DNA of 2,827 nucleotides from Enterobacteria phage CUS-3: sequence record FN394994.1; one strand, 5' to 3'. Shown piece by piece: positions 1 to 2,827 of this stretch (position 1 is its first letter; each line of letters starts with the position of its first letter). The notes under the pieces were generated by a model. It saw only the letters and a program-made list of their open reading frames with translations, ran no database searches and was not told where the DNA came from. The position numbers and the translations under genes were made by a program.

Positions 1-438
1 ATGGCGCGCCCAACAAAGTATCAAGAGGCGTATGCCGAACAGGCACGCAAACTGTGCTTGCTGGGCTACACCGATGCAGAGCTTGCTGATTTCTTCGAAG
101 TCAGTGAGTCAACTATTAACAAGTGGAAGCTTGATTATCCTGAGTTTTCGGAGTCCATAAAAAAGGGTAAGGCCGTCGCTGATGCAGAAGTTAGTGACCG
201 TCTTTATCAACGCGCTATGGGCTTCGTGGCTCCAGACATCGATATTCGTGTTATTGAAAACAGAATTGTCGAAACTCCGCTTGAGAAGTATTACCCGCCT
301 GATACAACTGCCGCCATCTTCTGGCTTAAGAACCGACAGAAGGATAAATGGCGCGACAAGGTTGATCACGAGCTAACAGGCAAAGACGGCGGCGCAATTC
401 AGATTGAAACATCACCGATGAGCACTCTGTTCGGAAAA
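1..438 (+). CDS. Phage terminase small subunit (DNA-packaging protein, Sf6 gp1-like), 3' end lost in N-run
   Basis: ATG at 1 opens a frame-1 ORF with no stops through 438 (146 resolved aa). The translation MARPTKYQEAYAEQARKLCLLGYTDAELADFFEVSESTINKWKLDYPEFSESIKKGKAVADAEVSDRLYQRAMGF... has the typical small-terminase N-terminal pattern: RPTKY, a helix-turn-helix (GYTDAELADFFEVSESTINKWK, nt ~61..129), then hPEF and RLYQRAMG. The C-terminal part (KDGGAIQIETSPMSTLFGK) resembles my recollection of Sf6-type small terminases. GC is ~50%. The ORF track extends it to a TGA at 541..543, but that stop lies beyond a 100-nt N-run, so the true 3' end is unknown. No RBS is visible because the window starts at the ATG. 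Confidence 0.7.
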
Positions 439-538
439 NNNNNNNNNNNNNNNNNNNNNNNNNNNNNNNNNNNNNNNNNNNNNNNNNNNNNNNNNNNNNN
501 NNNNNNNNNNNNNNNNNNNNNNNNNNNNNNNNNNNNNN
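439..538. other. Run of 100 N (masked sequence or conventional scaffold gap of unknown size)
   Basis: Directly seen. Exactly 100 N is the common placeholder for an unsized assembly gap, so the neighbourhood of the flanking sequences is uncertain. Confidence 1.
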
Positions 539-1762
539 TCTGAGCCATGTGTAAAATATTATGATGGCATTCTGTATCTGACGACCAGGGGGACATTAAG
601 TACTCAACCCGGTAGTTCATTGCACAGAAGCTCTGATTTAGGTACATCATGGAATTCTCTTCGCTTCCCAAATAATGTTCATCACTCAAACCTTCCTTTT
701 GCCAAAGTTGGCGATGAGCTGATTATTTTTGGCAGTGAGCGCGCATTTGGTGAGTGGGAAGGAGGAGAACCTGATAACCGTTATGCAGGAAACTATCCAA
801 GAACATTTATGACCAGAGTTAACGTCAATGAGTGGAGTCTGGATAATGTAGAGTGGGTTAATGTTACTGATCAGATTTATCAGGGCGGAATAGTTAACTC
901 TGCGGTTGGTGTTGGTTCAGTTTGTATCAAAGACAACTGGCTGTACTACATTTTCGGTGGGGAAGACTTTCTAAACCCATGGAGCATAGGGGATAACAAC
1001 AGAAAATATCCTTATGTTCACGATGGTCACNNNNNNNNNNNNNNNNNNNNNNNNNNNNNNNNNNNNNNNNNNNNNNNNNNNNNNNNNNNNNNNNNNNNNN
1101 NNNNNNNNNNNNNNNNNNNNNNNNNNNNNNNNNNNNNNNNNNNNNNNNNNNNNNNNNNNNNNNNNNNNNNNNNNNNNNNNNNNNNNNNNNNNNNNNNNNN
1201 NNNNNNNNNNNNNNNNNNNNNNNNNNNNNNNNNNNNNNNNNNNNNNNNNNNNNNNNNNNNNNNNNNNNNNNNNNNNNNNNNNNNNNNNNNNNNNNNNNNN
1301 NNNNNNNNNNNNNNNNNNNNNAGCGGCGGTGAAACAACGTCTTCAGCAGATGGTGCAATGATAACGTTGCATGGTTCCAGAAGCAGTACTCCACGTCGCG
1401 CGGTATATAACGCACTCGAACATCTTTTTGAGAACGGAGATGTTAAACCTTATCTTGATAATGTAAATGCTCTTGGTGGTCCGGGAAACAGGTTCTCGAC
1501 AGTTTATCTTGGCTCCAATCCTGTGGTTACCAGTGACGGAACATTAAAGACAGAGCCGGTCTCTCCTGACGAAGCATTGCTGGATGCCTGGGGTGACGTC
1601 AGGTATATCGCTTATAAATGGCTGAACGCTGTCGCTATAAAGGGGGAAGAAGGGGCGAGGATACATCATGGTGTAATCGCGCAGCAACTTCGTGATGTTC
1701 TTATTTCTCACGGACTCATGGAAGAAGAAAGCACAACATGCCGCTATGCCTTTCTTTGCTAT
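539..1762 (+). CDS. Endosialidase (endo-N-acetylneuraminidase) tailspike, partial: beta-propeller catalytic region, masked stretch, stalk end and start of C-terminal intramolecular chaperone domain
   Basis: Frame 2 is open from 539 to 1762 and stays in frame across the 291-nt N-run (97 codons). 539..1030 translates to SEPCVKYYDGILYLTTRGTLSTQPGSSLHRSSDLGTSWNSLRFPNNVHHSNLPFAKVGDELIIFGSERAFGEWEGGEPDNRYAGNYPRTFMTRVNVNEWSLDNVEWVNVTDQIYQGGIVNSAVGVGSVCIKDNWLYYIFGGEDFLNPWSIGDNNRKYPYVHDGH. It contains a canonical sialidase Asp-box (S-x-D-x-G-x-T/S-W) at 629..652. Glu (542..544), Arg (587..589) and Arg (740..742) are spaced 15 and 51 codons apart, matching my recollection of K1F endoNF active-site residues Glu581/Arg596/Arg647. 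1322..1762 translates to SGGETTSSADGAMITLHGSRSSTPRRAVYNALEHLFENGDVKPYLDNVNALGGPGNRFSTVYLGSNPVVTSDGTLKTEPVSPDEALLDAWGDVRYIAYKWLNAVAIKGEEGARIHHGVIAQQLRDVLISHGLMEEESTTCRYAFLCY, with Ser 1532..1534 exactly 330 codons after the Glu (endoNF Ser911 by the same numbering). Both ends are partial; the 5' side runs into the 439..538 N-run and the 3' side into the 1763..2179 N-run. Confidence 0.85.
629..652 (+). other. Asp-box (BNR) motif SSDLGTSW within the endosialidase beta-propeller
   Basis: Codons agc tct gat tta ggt aca tca tgg encode S-S-D-L-G-T-S-W, matching the sialidase Asp-box consensus S-x-D-x-G-x-T/S-W. Confidence 0.8.
1031..1321. other. Run of 291 N inside the endosialidase reading frame (length-preserving mask)
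   Basis: Directly seen. 291 nt is 97 codons, and the endosialidase frame and the recalled endoNF residue numbering are both preserved across it, so the Ns appear to replace real sequence one-for-one. Confidence 1.
1532..1762 (+). other. C-terminal intramolecular chaperone domain (peptidase S74-like autoprocessing domain) of the tailspike, N-terminal part; predicted autocleavage after Ser 1532..1534
   Basis: The S-D-G-T-L-K motif (1532..1549) places Ser and Lys five residues apart, the Ser-Lys dyad arrangement described for endosialidase chaperone domains (endoNF Ser911/Lys916 from memory). It is followed by the conserved-looking block GDVRYIAYKWLNAV...ARIHHGVIAQQLRDVL typical of these domains. 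The domain continues into the N-run at 1763. Confidence 0.75.
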
Positions 1763-2179
1763 NNNNNNNNNNNNNNNNNNNNNNNNNNNNNNNNNNNNNN
1801 NNNNNNNNNNNNNNNNNNNNNNNNNNNNNNNNNNNNNNNNNNNNNNNNNNNNNNNNNNNNNNNNNNNNNNNNNNNNNNNNNNNNNNNNNNNNNNNNNNNN
1901 NNNNNNNNNNNNNNNNNNNNNNNNNNNNNNNNNNNNNNNNNNNNNNNNNNNNNNNNNNNNNNNNNNNNNNNNNNNNNNNNNNNNNNNNNNNNNNNNNNNN
2001 NNNNNNNNNNNNNNNNNNNNNNNNNNNNNNNNNNNNNNNNNNNNNNNNNNNNNNNNNNNNNNNNNNNNNNNNNNNNNNNNNNNNNNNNNNNNNNNNNNNN
2101 NNNNNNNNNNNNNNNNNNNNNNNNNNNNNNNNNNNNNNNNNNNNNNNNNNNNNNNNNNNNNNNNNNNNNNNNNNNNNNN
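1763..2179. other. Run of 417 N covering the predicted endosialidase 3' end, its stop, the intergenic region and possibly the acetyltransferase 5' end
   Basis: Directly seen. 417 nt is 139 codons. If the chaperone domain has the endoNF length (~153 aa after the Ser), the endosialidase stop would fall near 1994..1996, leaving ~180 nt of masked sequence before the ATG at 2180. Confidence 1.
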
Positions 2180-2827
2180 ATGTCGTTTTCCGTTGATGAT
2201 AATGGATCAGGTAATATTTTTGTATGTGGAGATCTTGTAAATAGCAAAGAGAATAAAGTTCAGTTCAATGGAAACAATAACAAACTTATTATAGAAGATG
2301 ATGTTGAGTGTCGATGGCTTACCGTAATATTTAGGGGTGATAATAATTACGTAAGAATACATAAAAACAGTAAGATTAAAGGTGATATTGTCGCAACAAA
2401 AGGTTCAAAAGTTATTATCGGTAGAAGAACGACAATAGGTGCAGGTTTTGAAGTCGTCACTGATAAGTGCAATGTTACAATTGGCCATGACTGCATGATA
2501 GCAAGAGATGTTATTTTGCGTGCATCAGATGGGCATCCTATATTTGATATTCATAGCAAAAAAAGGATTAATTGGGCAAAAGATATCATTATATCTAGTT
2601 ACGTATGGGTAGGGAGAAATGTCTCTATAATGAAAGGGGTATCTGTTGGAAGCGGATCTGTCATTGGGTATGGGAGTATTGTAACTAAAGATGTGCCATC
2701 TATGTGTGCAGCAGCCGGTAATCCAGCAAAAATAATAAAAAGAAATATAATATGGGCAAGAACGGATAAAGCGGAGCTAATTAGTGATGACAAGAGATGC
2801 TCCAGCTATCATGCGAAGCTCACGCAA
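2180..2827 (+). CDS. neuO: Hexapeptide-repeat (left-handed beta-helix) O-acetyltransferase, NeuO-like polysialic acid O-acetyltransferase; 3' end beyond the window
   Basis: ATG at 2180 opens a frame-2 ORF with no stop through 2827 (216 codons); it is absent from the ORF track presumably because no stop lies in the window. The translation MSFSVDDNGSGNIFVCGDLVNSKENKVQFNGNNNKLIIEDDVECRWLTVIFRGDNNYVRIHKNSKIKGDIVATKGSKVIIGRRTTIGAGFEVVTDKCNVTIGHDCMIARDVILRASDGHPIFDIHSKKRINWAKDIIISSYVWVGRNVSIMKGVSVGSGSVIGYGSIVTKDVPSMCAAAGNPAKIIKRNIIWARTDKAELISDDKRCSSYHAKLTQ shows imperfect hexapeptide repeats and the acyltransferase signature (...WVGRNVSIMKGVSVGSGSVIGYGSIVTKDVP...AAGNPAKII). Counting from this ATG, His falls at residue 119 (2534..2536) and Trp at residue 143 (2606..2608), matching my recollection of the two residues reported as critical for NeuO. 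The gene sits immediately downstream of an endosialidase tailspike, as neuO does in prophage CUS-3. GC is ~33%, versus ~45-50% for the upstream genes. The symbol rests on context and recollection, not a search. Confidence 0.75.
   Translation, partial: MSFSVDDNGSGNIFVCGDLVNSKENKVQFNGNNNKLIIEDDVECRWLTVIFRGDNNYVRIHKNSKIKGDIVATKGSKVIIGRRTTIGAGFEVVTDKCNVTIGHDCMIARDVILRASDGHPIFDIHSKKRINWAKDIIISSYVWVGRNVSIMKGVSVGSGSVIGYGSIVTKDVPSMCAAAGNPAKIIKRNIIWARTDKAELISDDKRCSSYHAKLTQ

Noticed and set aside
109-376. Small ORFs inside the terminase gene (minus strand 109..369, 86 aa; plus strand 182..376, 64 aa)
   Set aside because: They are fully embedded in the well-supported frame-1 terminase CDS, their products show no recognisable motifs, and they are typical overlapping spurious ORFs.
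1-543. ORF-track end of the terminase ORF at the TGA at 541..543 (180 aa)
   Set aside because: The stop is reached only by reading through 100 Ns. The real frame and stop inside the masked or gap region are unknown, and 539..543 already belongs to the endosialidase frame. Only 1..438 is supported.
399-1415. Minus-strand ORFs 399..689 and 927..1415 and plus-strand ORF 1014..1361
   Set aside because: Each is open mainly because it runs through N-masked sequence (X residues). The resolved parts are short and overlap the strongly supported endosialidase frame.
1692-2247. ORFs 1692..2240 (+), 1738..2196 (+) and 1759..2247 (-) spanning the 417-N run
   Set aside because: These are artefacts of the mask; the resolved residues are few and lie out of frame with the chaperone domain and the acetyltransferase.
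2558-2564. A7 homopolymer inside the acetyltransferase CDS (agc aaa aaa agg) as a possible slippage switch
   Set aside because: Seven As is short, and such runs are expected by chance in a ~33% GC, Lys-rich gene. There is no evidence of frameshifted alternative ORFs around it.
2599-2793. Minus-strand 64-aa ORF antisense to the acetyltransferase
   Set aside because: It lies entirely within the hexapeptide acetyltransferase CDS, has a low-complexity hydrophobic product with no recognisable family features, and is most likely a chance antisense ORF in AT-rich DNA.
2810-2827. Terminal peptide ...HAKLTQ resembling the RLKTQDS motif encoded by NeuO heptad repeats
   Set aside because: The DNA is aag ctc acg caa, not tandem AAGACTC units, and there is no repetition. 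The repeats are described at the 5' end of neuO, not the 3' end.
1-2827. CRISPR arrays, tRNA or rRNA genes, IS elements or inverted repeats, and intrinsic terminators
   Set aside because: No direct-repeat and spacer periodicity, no tRNA-like cloverleaf candidates and no transposase-like ORFs were seen in the resolved sequence. All plausible intergenic regions are N-masked, so promoters and terminators cannot be assessed.

Overview
This 2.8-kb window is about 29% N-masked (439..538, 1031..1321, 1763..2179), and every resolved gene is on the + strand. (1) 1..438 encodes the N-terminal ~146 aa of a phage small terminase subunit with a helix-turn-helix, resembling the Sf6 gp1 type. (2) 539..1762 is an internal-to-C-terminal piece of a phage endosialidase (endo-N-acetylneuraminidase, K1-capsule-degrading tailspike). 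It shows an Asp-box (SSDLGTSW), active-site-like Glu/Arg/Arg spacing, and the start of the C-terminal intramolecular chaperone (peptidase S74-like) domain with a Ser...Lys dyad (S-D-G-T-L-K). (3) 2180..2827 is an AT-rich (~33% GC) hexapeptide-repeat O-acetyltransferase, most consistent with the polysialic acid O-acetyltransferase NeuO carried as a moron by K1-specific P22-like prophages such as CUS-3. Together (2) and (3) form a known polysialic-acid capsule module rather than an obviously new system. The points worth a second look are the masked interval upstream of the acetyltransferase, where a NeuO phase-variation heptad repeat tract would be expected, and the abnormal adjacency of a small-terminase gene to the middle of the endosialidase gene. 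All identifications rest on reading the translations and on recalled family features; no database search was run.
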